Shown: positions 9,496-19,523 of the stretch, in pieces
How positions within the stretch are numbered: the first letter of the stretch is position 1
Layout of the letters: every line of letters begins with the position of its first letter
DNA from: Thermoproteota archaeon
GTDB taxonomy: Archaea; Thermoproteota; EX4484-205; JAAOZP01
Assembly: GCA_049700215.1 (NCBI GenBank)
Contig: JBNAVT010000002.1
Coordinates: 41,981-105,980, forward strand
Direction of reading: 5' to 3'
DNA: 64,000 nucleotides
Position numbers and translations under genes: made by a program
The notes under the pieces: generated by a model
What the model was told of the DNA's origin: nothing
Seen by the model: only the letters and a program-made list of their open reading frames with translations
Databases searched by the model: none

Positions 9496-10651
9496 TCCTT
9501 CCAGCGTCCGGATTAATCTTCACATTCAACTCTATCCCTTTTTCTAAATAGTATAAATTCGCGTTAAAGTACAGGCTTGTTTGATCAAAGGGATACTCCG
9601 TCATGATCATGTCTACCTCGCACCCGGATTCTATAAGCCTGCCTGTAAGCCTATTGCTGCTCAATATCTGCATGATTCTCCGCCCCAGCTCGCTCGTCGC
9701 ATTAATAATCGAAGCCCTTGCGTATATGCTTGGTGAGACCCAGATGTTTGCCGAGCTATTCTTTAAACATGCTTCGCCCATACTGTAAGTGTATCCCGGA
9801 TCATATGGGTCTTTGGATTCCACTATCGTACCCACTATAAACCCATCACCATACTTATAAATATATACACAGATTCCATCAGTCTTATTACTCTCCTCAA
9901 GGGATATCTGCAATTCTCTGAATGCGTTAGAATCGGATATAATCCTATAGGTTTTATTAAGGATTAGGCTGCATGATGTTTCAACCCCTTCAACCACCAT
10001 TTCTATCTCCACGTTTGAAGTGGTGTCCCATTCTCTTAATATTCCCAATAGTCTAATTCTTTCAATACTGTAAGTGAAACCCTCCTCCTTAAGCCATCTG
10101 ATGAAAGACTGGTTTTCCAGGATCATGGTCACCCTATTCTTAAAGTCTTCAGGCGGGTTCCTCAGCCTTGGGTAGGATAGGTTTAGAACGTTGATCGTTG
10201 CCTCTACCAGCGTGTTGTTTACAGGCAGTTTTACTTGCTCAGGTCTTCTCCTCAACTCCTTTGTGTTAAAAACATGCTCTGTCCCATTAATCATGCTCAA
10301 AATAACCACTTCTTCATGCCACTCGATTCTGAGGGTTCCCCCTATTATTGCAGTCACAAGATTTCCCCTAGCCTCGCTCCATATCCTGTTCCCCATTCTC
10401 CCGGCTATTTCAGAAGGATAATAGATTTTAACGATCAATGTTTCAAACGTGCCTTCTCCAACCGTAATCGGTATCGCCCCCTCTTCCTCAACGCCGGGAA
10501 GCATGTTGAATAGACTTGTACGGTATGTAAGAAGTATTCCTAAGCTTAAGACTATGGGTAGTATTATAATTAAAGCTAGGAGTGCTTGGGTTGACGTTAA
10601 CACTTTTTTGAGCGAAGGCCTCTCCCCCACTTTCCCTATGTTCTCTTTCAA
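9464..10651 (-). CDS. Hypothetical membrane-anchored extracellular protein, probably co-transcribed with GH5
   Basis: 395 aa. N-terminal transmembrane segment LLALIIILPIVLSLGILL and at least 8 N-glycosylation sequons (NGT, NNT, NLS, NQS, NKT, NSS, NAT). Overlaps the GH5 start by 32 nt. TATA gctttataagg ~30 nt upstream on the minus strand. Confidence 0.45.
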   Translation of the reverse strand: MKENIGKVGERPSLKKVLTSTQALLALIIILPIVLSLGILLTYRTSLFNMLPGVEEEGAIPITVGEGTFETLIVKIYYPSEIAGRMGNRIWSEARGNLVTAIIGGTLRIEWHEEVVILSMINGTEHVFNTKELRRRPEQVKLPVNNTLVEATINVLNLSYPRLRNPPEDFKNRVTMILENQSFIRWLKEEGFTYSIERIRLLGILREWDTTSNVEIEMVVEGVETSCSLILNKTYRIISDSNAFRELQISLEESNKTDGICVYIYKYGDGFIVGTIVESKDPYDPGYTYSMGEACLKNSSANIWVSPSIYARASIINATSELGRRIMQILSSNRLTGRLIESGCEVDMIMTEYPFDQTSLYFNANLYYLEKGIELNVKINPDAGRIEKISFIIRE

Positions 10652-10751
10652 AAAGATGGAAAAACCTTATAAAGCTTTTTCCTTAAACTATTTTAAGCCG
10701 CTGCTTGTCTTTTGAATAAAGCATAAGTATTTAGAATGTTTCAAGATAACC

Positions 10752-11174
10752 ATGGGGGCTGGAGGAAAACACGGTAATTTTAAGGTTGCGGTCTACTGCA
10801 CGGTCCGTGACGTGAATGAAATGGCTGATTCAACCTGGCTGGAAAACAGTTTCAAGGTTTTGAGCAGGAGCATTCCTTTAGACAAGGTTTATCTTGAGAC
10901 CTTCGGCAGCGGTGCCTTGGCGGATAGAGGCTTAATGCAGAAGGTTAAGTCTTTTTTCAAAGATAAGGGTGTCGAGGTGTCCGGGGGAATAGCCACCAAT
11001 GGTCCACGCGGCCAATCTCTCTGCTACTCGAAGCCCGGCGACAGAGAAATGCTTGAAAACGTTGTCAAGTATACTGCTGAATTGTTCGATGAGATTATCC
11101 TGGATGACTGGCTCTTCACAAGCTGCAAGTGCGAAGCATGCGCGCGCGCTAAAGCTGGACCGAGTACCGTTTGA
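10752..11174 (+). CDS. Hypothetical protein, possibly the first fragment of a disrupted larger gene
   Basis: 140-aa ORF ending ...CKCEACARAKAGPSTV*. The next two ORFs continue without an intergenic gap in other frames. Confidence 0.35.
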   Translation: MGAGGKHGNFKVAVYCTVRDVNEMADSTWLENSFKVLSRSIPLDKVYLETFGSGALADRGLMQKVKSFFKDKGVEVSGGIATNGPRGQSLCYSKPGDREMLENVVKYTAELFDEIILDDWLFTSCKCEACARAKAGPSTV

Positions 11175-11485
11175 AGACTATGGAGGATGTTGCGCAAAAC
11201 ATCATCTTTAAAACAGCCAAGGAGGTTAACCCCAAGGTTAGGCTGATAATAAAATATCCAAACTGGTATGAGCATTACCAGTTTCTCGGCTACAGTCTCG
11301 ATTTCGAATCAAGAGTCTTCGACATGGTTTACACGGGCACTGAGACGAGAGACTCAGAGTATACTCATCAACACCTTCAGGAGTATCAGAGCTACGCTAT
11401 AATGAGGTTTCTGGAGAACGTTAAGCCGGGTTTCAACGGCGGCGGCTGGATTGATCCTTTTGCCAAGAGGCGCGCGCGCTCTTGA
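11171..11485 (+). CDS. Hypothetical protein, middle fragment of a possible disrupted gene
   Basis: 104 aa, protein-like sequence (...IKYPNWYEHYQFLGYSLDFESRVFDMVYTG...). Frame differs from the flanking ORFs. Confidence 0.3.
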   Translation: MKTMEDVAQNIIFKTAKEVNPKVRLIIKYPNWYEHYQFLGYSLDFESRVFDMVYTGTETRDSEYTHQHLQEYQSYAIMRFLENVKPGFNGGGWIDPFAKRRARS

Positions 11486-12500
11486 CCGTTACGCGGAGCA
11501 GATAAGGCTGACGCTCTTCGCTAAAGCCAGGGAGGTTACGCTCTTCTGCTACAGCGCCCTGCTCGAGTCCTTTAAGCAAGATGGGGCAAGAATTCCTATA
11601 AGCATCCTTGCACCAGTAGTCGGAACCATCTTCGAGGAGATGGATTTTCTTGTCGGGAAACTCGGCAACCCTTGTGGTGTTAAAAGCTATAAGCCGTTCA
11701 ACTCGTCCGGCGAGGATTTTCTTCAAAACTACATAGGCATGCTAGGAATTCCTGTCGAGATGACTCCGAGTTTCCCCGAGGCCAGTGAAACCGTGTTCCT
11801 AACCGAGTGTGCCAAGTTTGACGGCGGGATAATGGGGAAAATCAAGAAGCATCTTGTTAAAGGCGGGGACGTTATTATTACATCCGGTTTTCTGAGGGCG
11901 ATGCAGGATGAAGTGGTTAGAGAGCTGGCTGAGGTCAAATACACCGGTGGAAAAATACTTGTCAAAGACTTCTCACTAGGCTTTTTCCTTTTCGAAGATG
12001 TTTACCACTCGGATGTGGAAATACTTATCCCCCATATCAAATACCCGACTAACGATGTTTGGGAGGTCATTACGTGTTTAAGCAGGGGCAACGGATACCC
12101 GTTGCTGATGCTCATGAACTACGGGAGGGGAACACTATACCTACTTACAATACCGGATAACTTTAACGACCTATACCATCTCCCACCCACTGTTTTGAAC
12201 AGTATTAGAAGAATCTTCTCGAAGAATTTGAAAATAAGCCTTGAAGGACCAAGCAGGGTCTGCATTTTCCTTTACGACAACGATGCTTTAATCCTTCATT
12301 CATTCCTGCCTCATCCCTCTAGAGTCAGCGTTGTGGTTAAGGGCAAGGGTTTAAAGATGCGTGAACTCTCCTCGGGCGAGATACTTAACGGCTTCGAGAG
12401 GAAATGGGGGATGGTTTTGAAAGAAGTATTGAAACCGTGTTCCCGGTTTACTTGGCGTCGTCTTCCTACAGTGCTTTCAGGGTTGAATAATTATCTTTGA
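11451..12500 (+). CDS. Hypothetical protein, C-terminal fragment of a possible disrupted gene
   Basis: 349 aa, in the same frame as 10752..11174. (GC)5 tracts sit at ~11140-11149 and ~11472-11481, near both ORF junctions. Confidence 0.4.
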   Translation: MILLPRGARALDRYAEQIRLTLFAKAREVTLFCYSALLESFKQDGARIPISILAPVVGTIFEEMDFLVGKLGNPCGVKSYKPFNSSGEDFLQNYIGMLGIPVEMTPSFPEASETVFLTECAKFDGGIMGKIKKHLVKGGDVIITSGFLRAMQDEVVRELAEVKYTGGKILVKDFSLGFFLFEDVYHSDVEILIPHIKYPTNDVWEVITCLSRGNGYPLLMLMNYGRGTLYLLTIPDNFNDLYHLPPTVLNSIRRIFSKNLKISLEGPSRVCIFLYDNDALILHSFLPHPSRVSVVVKGKGLKMRELSSGEILNGFERKWGMVLKEVLKPCSRFTWRRLPTVLSGLNNYL

Positions 12501-12536
12501 AAAGTTTAAACCAGTTTAAAACTGGAGTGTTTCAGG

Positions 12537-13139
12537 ATGAACGCGTTTAAGCAGAATGAGCGGTTGGGCAGGGGGGTTAACATACTGGGTTACGACCCGG
12601 TTTGGAAAAACAGGTCTATGGCAAGAATGAGGAGCGAGCATTTTAGGCTGATAGGGAGCGTCGGCTTCAACAGCGTACGCATCGCTCTCCACCCTTTTCG
12701 CGACGGGGCTATGGGTTGGGGAAACCGGCTTTCGGAAGAGTGGCTTGAAACATTGGAATGGGCGGTTGAACAGGCTCTTGGAAACTGGCTTATGCCGATA
12801 ATCGATTTCCACGAGTTTATAATCATGGGGAGGGATCCGTCTGGAAACAGGGATAGGCTTCTCGCCTTCTGGGATCAGATTGGTAGACTCTACAGTAATT
12901 ATCCTGACGGAGTGGTTTTCGAGCTTCTAAACGAGCCCAATAGGGAGCTTACGCCTGAGCTTTGGAACCGTCTTCTCGCCGAGATCCTTAAAACAGTGCG
13001 CAAGACTAACCCGGATAGGACTGTGATAATAGGCCCAGCCGTCTGGAACAGCATAACCGGCCTTGATAAGCTGGTTCTCCCGGAGGAAGACAGGAATATA
13101 ATTGTAGCGCGCACTCACGTTTTGGTCAAACGCCTTTAA
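12537..13139 (+). pseudogene. GH5 endoglucanase N-terminal fragment (truncated paralogue of 8029..9495)
   Basis: 200 aa. Contains FELLNEPNRELTPELW but ends at ...NIIVARTHVLVKRL*, where the intact paralogue continues NIIVTFHFYTPFEF...GEFG. No frame carries the nucleophile region. The divergence point lies on the tagcgcgcac motif at ~13104-13113. Confidence 0.65.
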
Positions 13140-13302
13140 AAATTTGGAGTAGCAACCTTGAGGAAATTATTGCTCTAAGCTTGTATGAGCACCCTCTACT
13201 TAAGGTTAAGCGCGCGCTATTTGTATTGAATGTTAATCATCTCGTCTGTATATCTAGACGAAACTTAAATTCTTGCCTCGGAAAAGGGTTTTGGGCAGGT
13301 TG

Positions 13303-15039
13303 TCAACCTAGTGTTCCGAAGGGGAAAACGCCTGCTGAAACCCAGGCGAAGAGGAGCGCGTTGAAGACTGTGCCCGTGCCTATGGATGAGGTAATCCTGT
13401 GAAGCCACCATGAGCACGCGGTTGAGGTGACGAATTGCACCGTTATGAGCGGAAGGAACTCTATTAGGAAGCCGAGGAAAGAGGTGAGCGGCTTAACTTC
13501 GAACAGGAACATCGGGATATACTGCACGCCCATTACGAGAATGTAGGGTGCAATCTTGATCCCGATGGTTCTAAGCATTTCCAGGGCTTCCGGGAGAAAA
13601 CCGTTCTCCCTGCTTCCGCCGCGCAGAATATGCAGGTAAATCGCTTCAACGTAGAAGAAGACCAGGAAGAACGGTATGAGGGTTAGAAACAGTATGATTC
13701 TCTCCGGAACGCGGAGAACTCTGAAAATGGGTACGAAAATCCAAAGGTTCATGTCTAGGAATAGATGCACAAGGTAAACAATGGTGTAGAGCATTAGGAA
13801 CATGCTTACTGCAACCAAGACTCCTCGCCGCGTGAAGGATTCTGATGCTAATCTTCTCATTCTCAGCCTAACGCCTAAAAATCTAGGCATGGCAAACAGG
13901 ATGAGAGAACCCCCGGCTAAAGCAACCATGAGCAGCCACCAGGCTATTGAGGAGCCGAATAAAACTGGTGGGAAAGGCAGGCTGAAGCCCAGTATGAACG
14001 CTGGTAGGAGCAGCGCTATGCTCAGAGCCCCCCAAATAACCATAATCTTCCAGTCTTTAAGGGAGCCATGCTCCCGCGCCCTCTTATTCTGGGGCTTGCG
14101 CGGCGAGATGAACGTGGAGACCGGGAAGGTTAAACCTACTAGCGAGAAGACGCTCAGGAGCATCATTGTTTCACGGTAGGGGTATGTTAAGCCTTCTTCC
14201 AGCAGCCCGATTCGGCTTGCTCCACTGGGCTTGAGAGCGCTGCCCATCCAGACAACTGTTTCGGAAACAATAGTCGGGTCGAGGGGTTCAAGCAGATGGG
14301 TTGTAGCTGGGGCTACTAGTTTCCTTGCGGTTCCAGAGTTGAAATCACCGTATAGTCTTCCAGGAGAAACCTCATGAACCCCGAAAACCGGGGGTAGCCA
14401 TTCCCCAGCAACCTGGTTCAGGTTGAAAAGAACGTCCTGCCTACCTATGGCTACCAGCAGGTTCCTTGGGAAAGTGGTGTTTAGAACCCCGTATTCCAAC
14501 GGGCTGGAGGCCATTCCGCCTAAGCCTCCCGCTATGAGCACGGTTGCTTTAACCCCCCGGTGGGCGGCGGCAGCAGCCCTGACCGCTCCAGCACCCAAGC
14601 TGTGCCCAACTAGGCCGAGTGAAGAAGCGTCTACATACGGCAGCTTTTCAACGTATCTTAAGGCTGCAATAGCCCCGAGGCTGGGGTCCTTAGTTGCGCC
14701 GAGCCGCCCACCGGAGTCGCCATGGCCCACAACATCTATCGATAATGCGACGAAGCCCCTTCTAGCGAGCTCTAAGGCTATGCTGCTCATGGATTCTTTA
14801 GCACTGCTGATACCGTGCACAAGGACTACTGCCGGCATAGGGTTCTCCACGGTGGCCGCATGCGGGCGGTATAGTGCCCCGCTTATGTAGTGTTCGCCAT
14901 CCGGTATTCTAACAGTTTTTACTTCAAGCCTTCCGAAGTCGTTGTTTATTAGGAATGCTGCGACTGTCCCTAGTAGGAAGACAGTGGCTAAAACAATCAG
15001 TGTCAAACAGCTTGTTCCCGCTGGCCCCATGCGTGTCAA
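13303..15039 (-). CDS. Alpha/beta-hydrolase (serine esterase/lipase-like, GHSLG) fused to a C-terminal polytopic membrane domain
   Basis: 578 aa. N-terminal anchor, then VVLVHGISS...GLVGHSLGAG (GxSxG nucleophile elbow), followed by ~8-10 hydrophobic helices over the C-terminal 300 aa. TATA aaatatatagg upstream on the minus strand. Confidence 0.7.
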   Translation of the reverse strand: MTRMGPAGTSCLTLIVLATVFLLGTVAAFLINNDFGRLEVKTVRIPDGEHYISGALYRPHAATVENPMPAVVLVHGISSAKESMSSIALELARRGFVALSIDVVGHGDSGGRLGATKDPSLGAIAALRYVEKLPYVDASSLGLVGHSLGAGAVRAAAAAHRGVKATVLIAGGLGGMASSPLEYGVLNTTFPRNLLVAIGRQDVLFNLNQVAGEWLPPVFGVHEVSPGRLYGDFNSGTARKLVAPATTHLLEPLDPTIVSETVVWMGSALKPSGASRIGLLEEGLTYPYRETMMLLSVFSLVGLTFPVSTFISPRKPQNKRAREHGSLKDWKIMVIWGALSIALLLPAFILGFSLPFPPVLFGSSIAWWLLMVALAGGSLILFAMPRFLGVRLRMRRLASESFTRRGVLVAVSMFLMLYTIVYLVHLFLDMNLWIFVPIFRVLRVPERIILFLTLIPFFLVFFYVEAIYLHILRGGSRENGFLPEALEMLRTIGIKIAPYILVMGVQYIPMFLFEVKPLTSFLGFLIEFLPLITVQFVTSTACSWWLHRITSSIGTGTVFNALLFAWVSAGVFPFGTLG

Positions 15040-15519
15040 CGTTTTTCCTTAAGCCTATATATTTGTTTCCCTATGCTTTCTGCAAGCGTGTTGTTCAACG
15101 TTTTCACGCGTGCCCGAACCGTTTCCACTTAAGGCTGGTTTCACGTTTTCCCCGCCTATGGTTCTCCGATTTAAATTACTTATATCATTGAGTAGCAGTA
15201 ATTCGACTTAGCGCGCTGTATTCGAGCAAAAAAGTATTGGTAGAGCAGGCGAGCCTGATCCAGAACGGACTTTGATCCTTTCTATTTCGTGAAAGAACAT
15301 TACAGGAAACAGAGGTTGGTTGAGCGAAGACGCTGAAGCCTCCAGACAAAGAATGTTTACGGGATGGGTTGCACATCTCCATTTTTACTCCTGGCCGCGG
15401 GCGGGTTACTTACGTAGAGTATGTGAAGCCTTAACAATAATGGGAATCAGGAAAAGCGTAGCGCGCACTATAATCTTTGCAGGATTAAAATATTTGTTCT
15501 CTAAAGGGGTTTTATGGGG

Positions 15520-16036
15520 TCAGTCCTCCGGCATCCTTGTTTTTCTTTCAACGGCTGCTTTAGCCAGAGTCTCACCAAGCCTCTTCAACTCAGACAAGTC
15601 TTTTTCAAACGGTGATCCTTTCTCCCTGAGCCCCCAGACAACGCCTCCAGCAGTCTTCTCCATTTTGAAAGCTGGGAAAATCCTTTCTATGCTTAACAGT
15701 GCTGAGTCGCTTGAACTGCCGCCGCATGTGAATGGCTGCCGGTTTTCCAGCAGCCTTCTCCCTTACGCTCCAGGCTCTGTCGAAGAAATCCTTCAACAAT
15801 CCCGCCATGTAGCCGAAATAGTTGGGTGAGCCGAATGCTACGGCGTTGCACGATATAAGGTCTTCAACAGTAGCGTAGTCCACGCGTTTCAGCTCAGCAG
15901 TGGCGCCTTCAACCTTCTCCACGCCTTGAGCAACCACCTTAGCTAAGGCTTCAACGTTTCCCCCTCGAGAATAGTAAAGTATTAGGACTCTAACCATGTT
16001 CCCAAGCCTCCTGCTGTAACCCTGCAATCCTAACAA
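15520..16036 (-). pseudogene. Flavodoxin-like NAD(P)H:quinone oxidoreductase (WrbA/NADPH-FMN reductase family), frameshifted
   Basis: N-terminus MVRVLILYYSRGGNVEALAKVVAQG...NAVAFGSPNYFGYMAGLLKDFFDRAWSVREKAAGKPAA, then the frame is lost. The +1 frame continues FTCGGSSSDSALLSIERIFPAFKMEKTAGGVVWGLREKGSPFEKDLSELKRLGETLAKAAVERK... to TGA at ~15520. A single extra base near 15730 explains the break. Confidence 0.6.
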
Positions 16037-16111
16037 AAATACTTTACTGTGAAAGCTTTATGCTAAACTTTTGATTGCCAGAACTGGTGGAAATAAAGGT
16101 TAAAAAGGAGA

Positions 16112-17302
16112 TTGAAGAATTTTTTTCTCATGGAGGGCTTCCAGTTTCAATGTCCCACTAGAATCGTTTTCGGCAGGGGTGTTGAAAACCTGGTTGGGGA
16201 AGAGGTGAAGAAATACAGTGATAAGGTTCTTTTCCACTATGGTGGTGGAAGCATAAAGAGAATAGGTCTCTACGACAGGGTTGTAGAATCCTTGAAGAGT
16301 GCTGGCGTCAGGTTTATCGAGCTTCCAGGTGTTAAGCCTAATCCTCGTTTAAGCCTTGTTAGAAAGGGAATAGAGGTGTGTAGGAGTAGTGGTGTAGATT
16401 TCATACTGGCGGTTGGAGGCGGGAGCGTCATAGACTCTGCTAAAGCCATAAGCGTAGGCGTTCCCTATAGGGGTGACGTGTGGGATTTCTACGTTGACAG
16501 GGCTGAGCCAGCGGAGGCTTTGCCCGTCGGGGTAGTTTTAACTATACCTGGGGCGGGGAGTGAGGCGAGCAGCAGCTCAGTTATCACGAACGAGGAGGAT
16601 TGGCGTAAGCTTTCGCTCACAACTGAGCTCCTACGCCCCAGGTTCGCGTTGATGAATCCTGAGGTTACTTTTTCAGTACCGCCCTACTATACTGCTTGCG
16701 GAGCAGCTGATATAATGGCTCACGTCATGGAGAGGTATTTCACTAACGTGCGGCACGCGGACCTGACGGACAGGCTTTGCGAAGCAACTTTAAAAACCGT
16801 GATCAGGAATGTTCCAATAGTGTTAAGCGAGCCTGAGAACTATGATGCTCGAGCTGAAATAATGTGGGCTAGCACTGTTGCGCACAACGATCTTCTGGGG
16901 ACCGGCCGGATAGGAGACTGGGCTACGCACATGATAGAGCATGAGCTCAGCGGTCTATACGACGTGCCGCATGGCGCTGGGCTGGCCGTATTGTTTCCAA
17001 GCTGGATGAGACACGTGTATAAGCACCGCCTAGACATATTCGTGCAGTTCGCCGTTAGAGTCTGGAACGTTGAACCCGACTTCCAGGATCCTGAGAAAAC
17101 CGCGCTCGAAGGCATGGAGAGGCTGAAAGCCTTCTTCAGGCGGATAGGGCTTCCGACAACTCTAAGGGAACTCGGTGTTTGCGACGATAGGCTTGAGGAG
17201 ATGGCGCTTAGATGCACTGATTCAGGAGCCTCGAGAATAGGGAGCTTCGTGAAGCTGGGGAAGGACGATGTTCTGAGCATTCTGAGAAACGCCAGGGGAT
17301 AA
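16112..17302 (+). CDS. Iron-containing alcohol dehydrogenase (Fe-ADH family)
   Basis: 396 aa. ...ILAVGGGSVIDSAKAI... and the His-rich metal site (AHNDLLG, HMIEHELSGLYDVPHGAG) are typical of group III ADH. The true start may be the internal ATG at ~16130. Confidence 0.85.
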   Translation: MKNFFLMEGFQFQCPTRIVFGRGVENLVGEEVKKYSDKVLFHYGGGSIKRIGLYDRVVESLKSAGVRFIELPGVKPNPRLSLVRKGIEVCRSSGVDFILAVGGGSVIDSAKAISVGVPYRGDVWDFYVDRAEPAEALPVGVVLTIPGAGSEASSSSVITNEEDWRKLSLTTELLRPRFALMNPEVTFSVPPYYTACGAADIMAHVMERYFTNVRHADLTDRLCEATLKTVIRNVPIVLSEPENYDARAEIMWASTVAHNDLLGTGRIGDWATHMIEHELSGLYDVPHGAGLAVLFPSWMRHVYKHRLDIFVQFAVRVWNVEPDFQDPEKTALEGMERLKAFFRRIGLPTTLRELGVCDDRLEEMALRCTDSGASRIGSFVKLGKDDVLSILRNARG

Positions 17303-17308
17303 CTCCGG

Positions 17309-18544
17309 CTAACGCTTCTTCCTCAGGAGACCGTTCGCCCTATCGATGGGATCCTGATATTTTGAAACCCTCCCGTTTAGAACATCCCTGTACCTTACGG
17401 CTGCACGGAGCTTAGCGGACTCGTATATGGCTTCCGCTATTGCTTTTGCCATCATCCCGTCCTCGCCGTCAACCTCCGGCCTTCTTCTTTTCTGAACAGC
17501 CTCAAGAAAATCGTAGCACTCCAGTGTAATCCCGTCTGTAAAACCATGTGGGAAAAGCCTGTTCTTCCCCTCTTCACCTATGCTTCTGAGGAATTCTTCT
17601 CTAAGCTCAAGCATGGTGCGCTGAGTTCCATCCTTAAGAATGAGCACAGCATTGTCGAAAGGACCGTGGAAGACATCACCCGAGTCGAGAAGACACCCTT
17701 CAGACCCATAGTAAACAACCTTCGTAAAAGAGTGGCCCGGCGCAGCCATAGTCCAGCTCCATGTCCCGACGAGACCGTTTTCAAAGCTTATTAGCGCAAC
17801 CCAGCTGTCCTCCACCTCGCTGTAAAAGGTTTCCCCCTGCTTATCGTGGGGCCATTTTTCAAACTGTCCTACGAAAGCGTAAACCCTGTCCACCTCCCCG
17901 AAGAAATATCTCATCGAGTCGCAGAAATGTGCTCCACTATCCATAGCCAGGCCTCCCCCGCTCAGGTTCCTCTCGACTCTCCAATGCCACTTCTTGGGCT
18001 TCAAGGGGTCGTTCCAAGAGGCGTGAATCGCGTAGAACATTCTGGGCTTGCCGATCAGCCTGGCCTCGTTAATCAGCCAGTGCATAGTCCTCTGGTTCAA
18101 TCCGCGGCGAATGTTCTCCGCCGTCGCGACAATCCTCCCATGCTTTCTCCCAGCAGCTATTATCATCTTGCTCGCCCTCAATGATACTCCAAGGGGTTTC
18201 TCAACCATCACATCCGCCCCAGACCTGATACACTCTATTGCAACCTTATGGTGTTCAGAATGCGGCGTACATATGTCGACGGCCCTCGGCCTAGCCTTCC
18301 TCAACATTTCCCTGGTGTCGAGGAAGACAGGGGGCCTGTAGCCGAGGAGCTTCTCAGCCTCGTCCGCGAAAGATTCAACAGCCTCCTTTGAAACATCGTT
18401 TAAGGCGACAAGCCTGAGTTTCCCAGGCTCCTTCTCGCTGATCCTTGCATAAGCCATCAAGTGTTCACGGGCTATTCCTCCGCAACCAGCTATCGCGAGT
18501 TTAACCGTCCCATCTCCTACCATAGTGGCTCTCCTGCTTAACAC
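17309..18544 (-). CDS. Gfo/Idh/MocA-family oxidoreductase
   Basis: 411 aa. KLAIAGCGGIAREHL...ICTPHSEHHKVAIECIRSGADVMVEKPL matches the family. Confidence 0.8.
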   Translation of the reverse strand: MLSRRATMVGDGTVKLAIAGCGGIAREHLMAYARISEKEPGKLRLVALNDVSKEAVESFADEAEKLLGYRPPVFLDTREMLRKARPRAVDICTPHSEHHKVAIECIRSGADVMVEKPLGVSLRASKMIIAAGRKHGRIVATAENIRRGLNQRTMHWLINEARLIGKPRMFYAIHASWNDPLKPKKWHWRVERNLSGGGLAMDSGAHFCDSMRYFFGEVDRVYAFVGQFEKWPHDKQGETFYSEVEDSWVALISFENGLVGTWSWTMAAPGHSFTKVVYYGSEGCLLDSGDVFHGPFDNAVLILKDGTQRTMLELREEFLRSIGEEGKNRLFPHGFTDGITLECYDFLEAVQKRRRPEVDGEDGMMAKAIAEAIYESAKLRAAVRYRDVLNGRVSKYQDPIDRANGLLRKKR

Positions 18545-18822
18545 GCCTTAAAAACATATTTTTCAAAATCGCTGGAGACGCTTCTGTAATTGGGACTCTG
18601 CCTCCCTGTTAAAGGTTAAGCCTTTTTAAGACGCGCGTAAGCTTTTTAGCACTCCGTTTCCCTGTGGAACGAGGTTTTCCCCGGCTTCAAACCGGTTTTT
18701 GCATGGCGGAGCCCTATTTGGCTTCAGGCGCCTTTTCCAGAGGGCTTTATAAACAGGCGTAACCTTAATATTCACCCTTTTAGCGAATGAGCATACTGCA
18801 GGCAGGGGTCAAGGAATAAGAA

Positions 18823-19224
18823 ATGAGCACGATAATGTTTAGAGAGGTGGATTCGCTCGGCAGGGAGTATGAGGAGGCTCTTAAGAATGTTGAAACCGGT
18901 AAGAACGTTAAGACCGGCGGGGCTCTCGTCACTTTTCCGGATAAGGAGAGGAAAATCTGCGAGCTTTCAGCAACCTACATGGTGAAGCTGGGAAGGTTCT
19001 CCAAGGAGCAGAGAGTAGTAGTTACTCTCACGTTTAACAAGGATAGTAATGGGGTTTACGTGGCGAACATGGATGACTCTGTGTTCCACGTGGTTCAGGA
19101 GGAGAAGGGAGGCCTGAAAGAGGTTTGGAGTGGAAGGCTTAGAGAAGCGATGGATAAACTGGGGGATGTTGCCAGGATTCACGTAAACGTGATGTCAAGC
19201 CTCTCCAGCAAGTCTTCGTCCTGA
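18823..19224 (+). CDS. Hypothetical protein
   Basis: 133-aa ORF with TATA ggctttataaaca at ~18752. No recognisable family. Confidence 0.35.
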   Translation: MSTIMFREVDSLGREYEEALKNVETGKNVKTGGALVTFPDKERKICELSATYMVKLGRFSKEQRVVVTLTFNKDSNGVYVANMDDSVFHVVQEEKGGLKEVWSGRLREAMDKLGDVARIHVNVMSSLSSKSSS

Positions 19225-19470
19225 TTAGCGCGCGAATACTAAATATTTGGCGCATAATAAGCCGCCTCCTACGTTTAGTCTTGAGACGTAGCTCGAGGAT
19301 TAGATTAGCGCGCGTCTTTTTGGTACTCCCCTGTTCTGATAGATATTTCCTAGATTATCAATTCCTAATAAGTGCACGCGCTGTTGTTAAAGCCAAAAAC
19401 TAGCTTTGTGGCTTAATTCTTGGGCTTTGCCACAATCATGTTAAGATTTTCCACTAGCGCGCGCGCTAAA

Positions 19471-19490
19471 GCAAAAAACTTATATATTAC
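19471..19490 (+). promoter_or_regulatory. BRE/TATA promoter of the ABC substrate-binding-protein operon
   Basis: gcaaaaaacttatatatt lies 30-50 nt upstream of the start at 19524. Four GCGCGC-core palindromes sit in the 300 bp upstream. Confidence 0.5.
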
Positions 19491-19523
19491 TTCCGTAGGG
19501 TCTAAAAAAGTGAGCGATATAAA

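Noticed and set aside
13104-15469. 12-bp direct repeat gtagcgcgcact at 13104 and 15458 as boundaries of an inserted cassette that truncated GH5
   Set aside because: A single 12-mer recurrence is expected many times by chance in 64 kb. The missing GH5 C-terminal half is not found beyond the second copy. It is kept only as part of the general (GC)n motif observation.
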